From: the human T2T-CHM13v2.0 reference genome, Homo sapiens
Direction: 5' to 3' (one strand)
Assembly: GCF_009914755.1 (NCBI RefSeq)
Contig: NC_060928.1
Length of the DNA: 64,000 bases
Part shown: positions 25,131 through 37,300 of the stretch, piece after piece
Position numbering within the stretch: the first letter of the stretch is position 1
How the letters are laid out: each line of letters starts with the position of its first letter
Program-made: the position numbers and the translations under genes
Notes under the pieces: model-generated
What the model was told of the DNA's origin: nothing
Database searches by the model: none
The model's input: the letters and a program-made list of their open reading frames with translations, nothing else

Positions 25131-25994
25131 AAGTAATGGGCAGGTATTTAAAAATAGTTTAAATAGTTGGCACACAAAGATATTTTAAAATAGAAATATC
25201 AAGTAAATGCATATTTGTTGCTAAAATTATCATTCATATTTTGCATTCCTTTACCTAGATACATTATTTTCCAGCAAATGTAGCTAAACATATTTTGGCA
25301 TTTGATAGGAATTATTTGTGAATAAAATCTTTTGGGACTTTGAAAGGAGTGTCCTGTTTTAGTTCTTGGCTTGACCCACATTGACAGGTAAATCAGGTAC
25401 TTCTTTATTCTTCCAAGGTCATTTCTTCCAATTGTGCTATCTACTTGATATTCAGGTTTGCAAATCATCCTTTGAAGTTGTAGACTTGTCTTATTGCTGA
25501 TTGATCTTAAGCTTCTTTTAAACTGAAGCAAAGTTTGAGTAACAGTTCTAATCACCAAAGAATTATTTCCAAACAGTGTGATTCCCCCACCTGCATTTCA
25601 CAGGCTTTATATTATTTTATAAGGGAAGAATAGAAGACTTTCAAAATGTATTACTGCCGTGAAGCTTCACTCAAATTTATAGACTTCTGATCATTCTAGT
25701 TGTTCTTAAATAACGTTTGGGGTAAAGGCGACAGTTCTTATGATGGTTTTCAATATTCAACAATAGAAAAGTAATTACTTACATTTATTTGTTTGACATA
25801 TACAAATAATGTTTGGGATATCTTGAAAGAATATTGATTTTTCTTATAATCACTGTACTATCCTAGGAATATTGAGAAAAAACTGCTCTTTATCTTATTT
25901 CCATAGTCCATCTATAGTAGCCAAATAACTTTTCAAAATATCAGTATTGGATAGAGTTTTGGAGTACAAGTCATTTTTAAGTTATTTTGTATTT

Positions 25995-26088
25995 AAACCA
26001 TTTCAATTTGTGAAAGAGAATGCAAGAAACTCACCAAAGGCTACAATGGAAGTATATGGTAGAGCTAGGATCTGAACCAAATTTGTGA
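25995..26088 (-). mobile_element. MIR fragment
   Basis: aactcaccaaaggctaca...ggtagagctaggatctgaacc. Confidence 0.55.
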
Positions 26089-26094
26089 GTGTCT

Positions 26095-26500
26095 TTTTTT
26101 CTTTCACAAAATGCAGCATAATAAATACATTATATTACGTTACTTTGTACTTAACCAAATATATATCCTACAAATCACTTCATGTCAATTCACAAAGATC
26201 TTTTTTATACCTGAAACATACCTGCTTTCATATGTGCTCTTTTATTTATTTACATACCATTCATATCCATTTAGACCACAAATATATGGGTGTTTAGAAG
26301 GTTTCCAATGGTTTGCTGCTACAAATAATGTCACCATAAATGACCTGCAAATATGTTATTTCTGCCAATATATTGATGTGATTCTTCAGAGCACATTCTT
26401 ACAATTGAGATTTTTGGGTAAAAATATAGATTCCAATATAGTTTACTTAGCTTTTGTCCAATTCCCTTCAAGAAAATTGTACCATTTTTAATTCTAAGCA
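26095..26500 (-). mobile_element. L1ME-like fragment (apparently resumes at about 27882-28040)
   Basis: ggtttccaatggtttgctgctacaaataatg; aaattgtaccatttttaattc. Confidence 0.6.
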
Positions 26501-26504
26501 GATG

Positions 26505-27858
26505 TCAATTCATTTATTGACATGCAATGTACACACCATAAAATTTACCCATTTGAAGTGTACAATTTAATAGTTAATAATAGTTTTTTAAAGTATTCAT
26601 GTATTTGTGTAACCACCACTACTATTTAATTTTAGGATATTTTTATAATCTCACAAAAAAAATCTCAAACCCACTGGCAGTCACTTCCTGTTCCCCTGAC
26701 CCCACCTTTGCCACTACCAATCAATTTTCTGTCTCTATAAACAAATAAAATAAAACATGCCTATTCTGGATATTTCATATAAATAAGATGATAAATATGT
26801 AGCTTTATCTACCTGGCATTTTTCACTTAGCAAAATATTTTCAAAGTCCATTCACGTTGTATCACTTTTCTGTACTTTATTCATTTTTATGGCTGAATAA
26901 TATGCTACAATAATCTGGTTTATCCATTAATTAGTTGATGGAGATACAGGTAGTTTTTAGTTTTTGACTGCTTTGCAAAATGTTGCTATAAACATTTGTG
27001 TACAGGTTTCTGTGTGGCCGTGTTATATGTACTTAGGAAGGGAATTAATGAAACATATGTTAACTCTATGTTTAGCCTTTTGAAGAACTGCCACATTCCT
27101 TTCCAAACCTTTCCAGACAGCCAATTTCCTTTCCAGCATTTCAATTTCCCACCAGCAATGTATAAGGATTCCATTTTCCACATACTTGTTAAAACTTGTT
27201 CTTTGATTTTTTTTTTTTATTTTATTTTAGCCACTGTTATGGGTGTAAAGTACTGTCTTGTTGTAGTTTTGAATTGTCTTTCTATTTACTGATGATGTTG
27301 AACATTTTCCCATGTTCTTATTGCCTTTGTATATCTTATTTGAAGAAGTGTCTATTCACATTCTTTAGCCATTTAAAACTGAGATTGTCCTTATTGTTGA
27401 ATCAGAAAGTCTTTATATATTCTGTGCATAACACTTACCAGAATATAATTTGAAAATATTTTCTCCCATTATGTTTGTTGTCATTTAAGTTTCTTGATTG
27501 TATCTTTTTAAGCATAAAAGTTGTATTATTTTTAATTTTATTATGGTGCAATTTATTTACTTTTGCTTTTGTAGCTTGTGTTTTAGGTGTTAGTCTCAGA
27601 AACCGTTGCCTAATCTAAGGCATGAAGATATACTCCTGTGTTTTACTGTGAGAGTTTGACATTTTTACCTCTTACATTTAAACCTATCATCCATTTTAAA
27701 TTAATTTATGTACCTGGCGTTTTCATTATTTTGCATGTAGATAGCCAGTTGTCTCAGCCCCATTAGTTAAAAAGGCTATTCTTTCCTCATTGAATTAGCC
27801 TGGTACTTCTGTTGAAAATCAATTGAGTGTTAAATATAAATTTATTTCTGTACTACCC
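26505..27858 (-). mobile_element. L1MB7/8-like 3' fragment
   Basis: accataaaatttacccatttgaagtgtacaatt...gcctattctggatatttcatataaat, continuing into antisense ORF2 (ttgaagaactgccac; gttgaaaatcaattg). Confidence 0.88.
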
Positions 27859-29487
27859 AGTTAGGTTAACCAGTAGGTTAAATTTCACTTTCTTATTATG
27901 AGTGGAATTAAATTTTTTTTCCTAGGTTTATGAGCTTATTTATTACATAACCATTTTTTCATGAAATGCCACGTGTCTTGCTCAGTTTTTTTAAATCAAA
28001 ATTTTGTACTTTTTTTTCAATTTTTTCAGAGTTCTTAAAATTTAGTGAGAACAGACTTAAGAAGCAATACAATTAATTTAACATTAGTGGCTATCTAAAA
28101 ATAGAATTTTTTCTGATCCACTGCCTTTAAAATGTTTGCCCAAAAATTAAAATGAGGTTTTTGTCAGTTAGTCCCAGCCTTATCTATATTATAGGGAAAG
28201 CAAAGCAGACAGTCCAATTCATACTATTTGTTTACAGGAAAGACATAATTTCTATGTGTAGTTACTAAAGAAATTGTATATTTCACTTTGCTTTCTACTT
28301 TTCAAAGAGATGTGGATTAAGCTACCTTAATTTCTTTGAGCACCTAGTAATCACATCTAGGTAAATCTATATACTCTACTTTATTCCAGTGGGAATGATT
28401 TATTGTGCTCCTCTATAAAAGAATGATTTCCAGGAAAAAAAAAAATGCTAAGGAAACTCTATTTTAGCTTGTAGAATCACTACCTGCATCCTCTACCAAG
28501 TAAACTGGTGGCACATATAAAAGCCTTCCTTTGAGGATGGTTTCCTTGTCTCCTTGAGGTACTTCATATTAGCTACAGCCAGCACTAAAATAATCTGAAT
28601 ACAAATTTGTTGACTTCAACATTCTAATTATTTATTTATAAACATTAAAGCCACATGGGTAGAAAAGTTAATATTAACCTGACCATTAAAAAATAAGCAA
28701 AGAATAAAGTTTAATATATTCTGATGACGAGAAAAGTATGTTTGCTTATTGACAAACTGATGATGAAGCATGTGTATTTATATAAACAGTGATTCCTGTA
28801 TGGTTCAATAAAAACTAAATCTATCAACAATAAACCTAATCCTCTTAAGTTGCTTGATAATGGCTTCTGACATTGGCATTCATGGTTTCATAACCTCTCA
28901 TCTTGAAGCTTCCAACAAGCTTGGTAATATTTTTTAAGCATACTCTGAGAGACAAACCAAACAAAGGGATTACTGCAACACACTCAGAAATAAAAATGCT
29001 CAACACTACACAAATGTACATGACAGAAAGTAAAGAAGCATGCAACATCCAATTGAAACTACATTAAAAATTTAGGTGAACAAGATTACTCAGCTTGGAA
29101 TGCAGCCAGGAGAAGGATAAAGAGTTTAGAGTTATCAGAGTGGAATAATGTGGAAATGCTAACTGCTAACACCAGACATCAACTTCTATAATTAAAACAG
29201 CTTTCTCACAATGAGAATAAATATCTTATATGTATTTATACTTAATATATGTATATTAAAATTATTATAGCACTCTAGATATTATAAAAGATTTTGTATT
29301 ACAACTATAACCACAATTAATAAAATTTGCATTAGAAAAATGACTACTTAAAGATATTTAACCTGAGTTGTATCTTTTCTTCTAATTCAACTAATTTTAT
29401 TTGTTTAGTGATTCATTTAAAATTGAATGCCATAATTTTTCATATAAAAATCATCAAATGTGGCATACAGTATAGTAATGTTTTAAA

Positions 29488-30070
29488 CTTTTTTTTCAGA
29501 ACAGTTTTATGTTCACACCAAAACTGAGCAAAAAGTAAAAAGATTTTCCACATACTCCCTGTCTACACACATGAATAACTTCCCTTGCTATCAACATCTC
29601 CCATCAGAGTGGTACATTTGTTACAATCTATGAACCTACATTAAGGCAGCATTATCACTGAAAACGTATAGTTTCCACTAGGATTCACTTTTGGTGTTGA
29701 ACATTCTATGGGTTTGGACAAATGCATAATGACACATGCCCACCATGATAGTATACAGAGCTGTTTTACTGCCCTAAAAGTCTTTACTGTTTGGCCTAGC
29801 CATTCCTCTTTGCACCCTAACCTCTGGCAACTATTGATCAGTTTATAGTCTCCATAGTTTTGCGTTTTCCAGACAGTATAGTTGGAATCATACATATGTA
29901 GACCTTTCAGATTGGCTTTCTACACTTACTAATATGCATTTACTTTCCTCTGTGTCTTCTCATGGCTTGATAGCTCATTTCATTTTAGTGCTGAATAATA
30001 TTTCATTGTCTGGATGCATCACAGCTTATTTGTTCATTCACGTACCAGAGAATATCTTAGTTGGTTCCAA
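29488..30070 (-). mobile_element. L1MC1/2-like 3' end
   Basis: cagagtggtacatttgttacaatctatgaacctacatt...cattctatgggtttggacaaatg. An 11-bp repeat aaatgtggcat at 29456-29466 and 30070-30080 may be the TSD. Confidence 0.88.
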
Positions 30071-30330
30071 AATGTGGCATGTGCAATCTAAAACATGCAC
30101 AATCTTAATGTACTAGTAAGTTATTTTCATCACCTATTTTTTCTAATCTATATCTATATGAATAGTTTATATCATTTATTATATATCTCTTGAAATATAA
30201 TTTTGCATATGCATATAATCGAAATATTTTATATAACATTTTCTTGTTTTAAGGTGTAATGTAACCTGTGGAAAAAAACATAAGAATGTTGTTGTAGTTG
30301 CAGGATACAATACAAATATGAAAAAATGAC

Positions 30331-30633
30331 TTTTTTTTTTTTTTGACATGGAGTCTCATTCTGTCACCCAGGCTGGTGTGCAGTGGCGTGATCTCGGCTG
30401 ACTGTAACCTCTGCCTCCTGGGTTCAAGCGATTCTTCTGCCTCAGCTTCCCGAGTAGCTGAGACTACAGGCACGTGCCACCATGCCCGGCTGATTTTTTT
30501 GTATTTTTGTATTTTTAGTACAGACAGGGTTTCACCGTGTTAGCCAGATGGTCTCAATCTCCTGACCTCGTGATCCGCCTGCATCGGCCTCCCACAGTGC
30601 TGGGATTATAGGCGTGAGCCACTGTGCCCGGCC
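30331..30633 (-). mobile_element. Alu (Sc8/Y-like)
   Basis: Full dimer with ttcaccgtgttagcca; flanks aaaaaatgac and aacaaatgat. Confidence 0.96.
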
Positions 30634-31904
30634 AACAAATGATATTTTAGTGTATAAACCTATGTAGCAGAAAGTGAGACAAAGTAAAAGAAGAAATATG
30701 GCTACAAGAATGAACACCGTGTTGCAAATGCCACATTAAGGGAAGTAAAAAATGGATAAAAGTCAACAAAAAAGTAAATATCAATTAATTTAAATATTTT
30801 TGACCGAAAACCGGTAGAGAATTGAAAGTAAAATAATAATAAAATTTTACATGGAGAAAAAAAGTCTAAGGAAATTATACACTTTAGCTACAGATGCATC
30901 TTTTATGGCAACAATAGGCTTTGTCAATGAATGATAGATCATTGTATAGAGAAAAGAACACAGAACTGTAGCAGCATTCCTTTGAACAATTAGACATAAT
31001 TGTTTAAGACTTTGTCTCTGGGAAGACACAGGCCTGGAAAGAAAAATATTGGGGTATACAAAGACTCTATTAAACTAGTGATGTGCTACCATGTTCATAT
31101 ATACCACTTTGGTAAAAATTAAATATTTATAAAAGGAAATAGAGAATGATTTTCAGTTTTATGCCATAGCCAAGTAGAGTAAAATATTGGCAGTGAACGT
31201 TTGACATATTTATATTTAGAGATCATATTCAAGATGAGATTCCAGCAGGAATTTATTTATAAAAAATTTCCCAGCGGGAGACACTGAAGAACATGGGTCT
31301 CTTTACCAGTGAGAGCACTAATGAAGAGATTTCCTTTGGTGGTATTCAGAAAGCCAGAATATCTTCCCTGTAGGACTTAAACTTTGAACTCTTATTAGTC
31401 AGAAGTCTTCGTAAGTTCATATTAACCAACATAATATCACATATGGAAATAAATTAGGATAATAATCATGACATTCAACTGGATAACATTTTCAGGTTAA
31501 TCAGAATATTCTTTAGCTACAGAAAGAATAATGGCTAAAAATATTAGGAGTTGGAGATTAGTATATCTTTAAAAATTCAGAGAGAATTTGCAAAATTCTT
31601 TCAATGTAGATTTTGTTTGAAAAAAATATTTTCTACAATTGTTTCTCTATGTCACTTTTAAGGTCTTCCTCAAATGAAGTAGAATAACTAATTGTAATAA
31701 AAATGAATGATTATTGAACTTCTGTTGTTGAAAAGATTCTAACCATAATAAGACAATGTCTTAAACTTAGAAAAAAACACTACGTATATGTACATGAATT
31801 TGTTCTAATCAGGCTTCCTCTTTTACTTGTACCCACAGAATCTATACACATTAATATCCCAAGTGGAACCATACACAGAAACAAGGAAAATGAAGCAACT
31901 AAAG

Positions 31905-32265
31905 CAGTGGTCTTCAACCTTTCCGGCACCAGGGACCAGTATAGTGGACGGACATGGTGGGTGGAGGTAGGGGGGCAGTGGATGATTTGGGGATGAAACT
32001 GTTCCACCTCAGATCATAAGGCATTAGTTAGATTTTCATAAGGAGTGCACAACCCACAACCATCGCATAAGCAGTTCATAATAGGTTTGCCCTCCGATGA
32101 GACTCTAATGCTGCTGTTGATCTGACAGGAGGCGGAGCTCAGACAGTAATGATTGTTCACCCATTGCTCATCTCCTGCTGTGCAGCCCAGTTCCTAATAG
32201 GTCAGGGACCAGTACCATGAGAACATTACTCTCACCCACTGCTCACCTCCTGTTGTGTGGCCCAG
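31905..32265 (+). mobile_element. MER1B hAT-Charlie element with rearranged 3' end
   Basis: ggggatgaaactgttccacctcagatcat...gatctgacaggaggcggagctcag. The right terminal inverted repeat is missing and a 34-bp internal segment is repeated. Confidence 0.88.
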
Positions 32266-34364
32266 GACACTCTCACTTTCATTTTTTTATTACAATTAAT
32301 CCTTTTACTTTACACATATATTTTACATATACTATACATATTTATATGTGTAAAAATATATATTTTATATACATCTATATAAAATCTGTTACACATACTA
32401 TATTTAAATATACATGTATTTAAAACAAACAGAAAGACTGCTCTCTATCTTTCAAAGGAATTATGTAGCTATTTATAAAGGCTTCTCATTACTCTATGAA
32501 AGGACATGTTAAAAAGAAAAGATTGAAATTTTAAATATCTGCCATTTTCTCTGGGCTGCTAATGGTAGTTGAATATGTAAATACAGGCAGAGATACCTGA
32601 GGAAGTGGAAAGAGAAATTTCTTTAGTAATAAAATAAGAGGACAAGAGTTTCCATGAAGAAACTGAAGACACGTAGAGTGATAAAAGAGAAATAGAATGT
32701 CTTGGTGGTAAGAGACAGCCAAGCATCTTGTTCAAATTGCCAACAATCTTCAGAAGTATATCCAAAATTCACTCTCAAAGAATTTTCTCCTCTGCCCATC
32801 AAACTCCATTTAGCTCTACAATCTTTCAATACACCCTTCTAAATTAGTATAAGTAAACTTTTGTCTTATTTTGCTTTTAATAGAAACCAAAGGAAAGAAG
32901 CTAAATTTTCTATATGGACTGAGGTAGAAAAAGAGAATAAACAAACAGAGAGAACATTCAAGTTCAGCAAGGCAGGAACAAGAAGATCTTGAGAAGATCA
33001 AGAGAAATAAGCCCTTGAGAATATTTTGAGAAAAGCATTCGATTTCCATACAGGTGGTAATAGGAGCCTCTAATTAACCTTAATTTCTTAGGATGAGTTT
33101 AGGACACTTGTTTTTGATAGCACCTCCAACACAGATAATGGCCAGTAGTTAGGATTTTAAGCAGAAGATTGTGATTATACTTCCTCTTGATATAGAACTC
33201 TTCTCAAACTCAGATTAACAAAAAAAAAAAATTAAAAATTTGCCAAGTTTCCACTCACATTTGCATCTTGATGATCTTAAAAGGCATACAATAGAAAAAT
33301 GCTACTTTTCAGAAACTGAAACATTATAAAATGACAATAAACTTGAAGAAGCAATCTTTACAAACTATTACGTAAAAAAGCAAGTGTTTATTGACCTAGA
33401 TTGTATTTAATATTAGCTGAAATGAGTCATAAAGTTCTAGCATTTAAAAGATATTTTTTAAAAGCAGATAATTGATTATAACTGATGTAAGATACCTGTT
33501 TGTCACTTTGGAAGGTGATAGTGCATGTTATTAATGAAACATTACATTTCAAACCTTATAAAGGCCACAGTTACTGAACTTTAATGGATATCTGGGCTCC
33601 TATTTGATTGCTACGACCACATTTAACATGTTCGGTTTTGAGAAATTTCCAATATTACTGTTCATGTCACTGAATAACAAAAAGCAACATAAGTTCTCTA
33701 ATAAGGAAGATCTATAGTGCTTATTTGTCCAAATTCAAAATTTTAAATGATTAATATAACACAAGATACAGAAACTGTTCAAGATAGAAAAGCGAGTCTC
33801 AGAATAATTTTGTGATAAGCTTAAATAAACCAGTGGCAATGTCAAGAATTTTGGGCTTGTCCTATTTGCAAGTGTTCTATCTATTACAACACACTTTATA
33901 AAGAAACAAAAAATTAGTTAAAGACTTTGTGAACCACTGGAAAACTACCCTAAAATTAAAATCCAAAGAAAAAAAGATTTGAACAAATACTTTGAACCAA
34001 TCAATTCACAATGAGAGTCCTAACAGCTAGTTGCTAAAATCACTCTTTAGAGTACTGAGGATTTTAGTGGAAAATGTGATTCATCTTACTTTTCTTTCTT
34101 CAATTAAGCCTACTCATAAAGATAATATTTGTGGATTTAGGAATATCATTTTCAATAACCAAATACTTTCATGAATATTAAAGAAATGTAAAAACTAATT
34201 CACTGAGTTTATGAATTAGTGGTGGTGAGGAAAACAAAGTTGTATAGAACAGCTAAACAGCATTGCAATTCAATGTGATTTACATAGTATTTTGTATTTT
34301 AAAAGTTTGTTCATATTATCTCGAATTTTTGGTTGCTCTTAAAAAATAAATAAGTCATACTCAG

Positions 34365-37300
34365 TTGATGATGGCTGACTAGTGGTGCCTGGCACTCAAC
34401 CTCTTCCACAAAGAGAGAAAAAAACAATAGGTAGATAAACACTTATCAAATAGATAATATAAGACAGGACAATGGATTTAGCAGGGAAGGGACAGGGAAC
34501 CTCTGAGGCATAGAAGAAGAGGGAAAGCAGCCAGCTCAGCTGCGATTAACTTGAAGCCAGGAGAAACTCCCCACTGTGGGGAAAAGCTAAGCAAAAGGTC
34601 CTCAGCCATCCACATTTCCACTATAAGCTCCTGCGGTCCTAGCCACAGGAGAGACCCTTGGCCCTCACAGACCCTGAAACTAACTAATACAGGGAGCTAC
34701 CTGGAGACCATGTGACAGCATTGCTGCAGAGAGGAAGTTCATGCTGGGTCCCATACTTTAACCCCAAGATATAAGCAGCTGTAGGATGGTGCCATTTTGA
34801 CAGCCCAGCCCCCGCCTGACTGCATCCTGTCCTGGGGCCCAACAGCCCCTGCATCTAGACATCTATGGAACTCTATTGACATCTTCCCTACATCCATTCA
34901 GAGGGTTGCAGCATTATGATGCTGGCTGGACCCAGTGGTGAGGCTGGGTTTTTAGCACTTTAGCCTATGCAGCTACCTACACCCCTTGGAATAGGCAATG
35001 CAGTGCAACAGGGCAGTTGACCCCAGGACAAAGATAGCCAAAGCATGTGCTTCCCAGTGCCTGACAGCCACCTGCATGGGGATCCTGTCACTAATAGCAA
35101 CCTACCTCCAACAGCAGGATTGTCATGCACCTGCACACATTTTCAATGGGACTGGGGAGTAGCTGGCCTAGATGCCATCCTGGAGCCTATAGACAGAGCC
35201 ACCCTGCTTGCTGCTGCCAGTGCTGTCACCTGAGCATGTAGTCAGGTGGCCTGGAAATTGATACCCCTGGCGCTTCACAGCTGACACTTGAGTAACATCA
35301 TTGGGTGGCCTGAGAACAGGTTCTCCCTGCCCACCCCATCACCGCCAGTGTCTGTGTGCATTGCCCAGGGACTGGGGATTGAGCTGCCACACCCACCATA
35401 CTGGCATCCACATGCACCATCAGAAGACCTGAGGGCATATCTGCTCTTCCTGCCACCACCAGTGCCTGCACATAGCATCAGCAAGCATGATAACAGGCTC
35501 ACCCCTCTTATTGCCACTGCCATCAATTCCTGCATGTGTCATCCAGTTTGGGATTAACTCATTGCACCTCTCATAGTGAGCACCTATGCACACGACTGGG
35601 GGGCCTGAGGACAGGCTTACCCGGCCTTCTGATACTGCTGTTGATGCCTAAGTGCACCAGCCATGTCCGAAGACATGGGAATTGAACCACCCACTGGAAG
35701 AGCAACTACCGCAGCCGGTGCTCATGTGCAACACTGAGGAGTCTGAAGATATATTTTCTGCACCCATTCCTGCCTGTGCTAGTGCCCATGTACATCATCC
35801 AGCAGTCTGGGGATCAACCCACTCAGTATGCCACTGCCAGTACTCATACAAGCCTTTTGGGAGCCTGAAGATGGGCCTACTGTGCCCACTACCAACGTCC
35901 ATATGTGCTTTCCTGGGTCTAGGGACTGGGCCACTGAGCCTGCCTCCACCACTGCCACCAGAACCCACACACACATCACTTAGGGTCTGGGGATTGGCCT
36001 GCCCCATTCACCATCACAACTGTTGGCACCCACACATGCTGATGGGGCTAGAGAGTTGGTCTAATGCTGCTACTGACAACACCATACACAAAATTGAGGG
36101 GTTCAAGGCCCCACCAACCCACCTGGTCCACTGGTCTTACTGCCTAATGGACAAGGATAGGCCCACCTAGACTAGCTACCACTGATGCCATGGGCATCAT
36201 CTGTCCATGGGCCCAAGGACGGACATGCCTAGCCTGCAGTCACCACCACTGGTACCCAAAGAGGAGTCTGCTTTGTTTTCCTGTCCCCAGGAAAGCCTTA
36301 CTACAGCCTCCACTAATGACTGCAAACTAAGTCCCTGAAGAACTCACAGGTATTAGTGATGCTGATTATAGTCAAATAACCCGTACAGAGACTGAACTGC
36401 TGTACCCACAAAGCATTAAAACCAAATTGTACTACCCAACTAACACAATATATACCCATATAAGAAAAAGTGTTTTCAAAAATAACATTAAAGAAACTCA
36501 GTAAGATGGAAGAGAACACAGATATGTAATACAATAGAAAAAGAATTTATTATTTGAATTGGAAATTCAACTAAAAGATAGATATCCTAAAGAATCAAAC
36601 ATAAATCTTGAAAACAAATAATTCAATAAATAAAATAAAAAATATTATTGAGAGTTTCAACAATGGACTAGATCAAAGAAAATAAATAATTTCTGAACTT
36701 GGAGATAGATTTTCAAGCAATCTAGTCAGGCAAAAATAGATAGATAAATAAATACATAAATACATACATAAATGAGAATGAAGAAAGCCTGTGTGACATA
36801 TGACACAACATAAAACAAGCAAATATTCTAATTTTGAGATTTTCAGAAGGAGAAGATATAAGCAAACACATAGAAAACCTATTTTAAAAATAATGACTGA
36901 AAAATTCCAAAGTCTTTCAAAATATATAGACATTTAATTATAAGAGGCTCAAAGATCTCCACATACTTTCAACTGAAATATTGAAAGTAGAAGCAAGAGT
37001 AGGTCTTCTCTAAGGCACATTATAGTCAAAATATAAAGATTCAAAGACAAAAAGAAAATTCTATAAACAGCAAGAGAAAAGGATTAAGTCAGATATAAGG
37101 AGATCACCATCAGACTAAGAGCAGATTTTTCAGCAGAAACCTTACAGGCCTGAAGAGAATGGAATGATATGTTTAAACTTTTAGAACACTATACCCAACA
37201 AATCTGTCCTTCAAAAATAAAGGAGAAATAAGTTTTTGCTTATCCAAGATGAGCGAAAACTGAGGAAATTTGTCACCACTAGACCAGCTCTACAAGAAAT

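Noticed and set aside
28410-28525. Two TATAAAAG motifs as a core promoter
   Set aside because: Such motifs are expected by chance in AT-rich DNA, and there is no CpG island or other supporting signal.
35652-36170. 172-aa ORF, the longest in the track
   Set aside because: It lies in the GC-rich degenerate array of an L1 5' UTR, starts at GTG, and has Pro/His-rich low-complexity composition typical of such repeats.
35200-36310. Possible CRISPR-like or novel repeat array
   Set aside because: Units are degenerate with no constant repeat and unique spacer pattern, and they sit at the expected place in an old L1 5' region of a primate genome.
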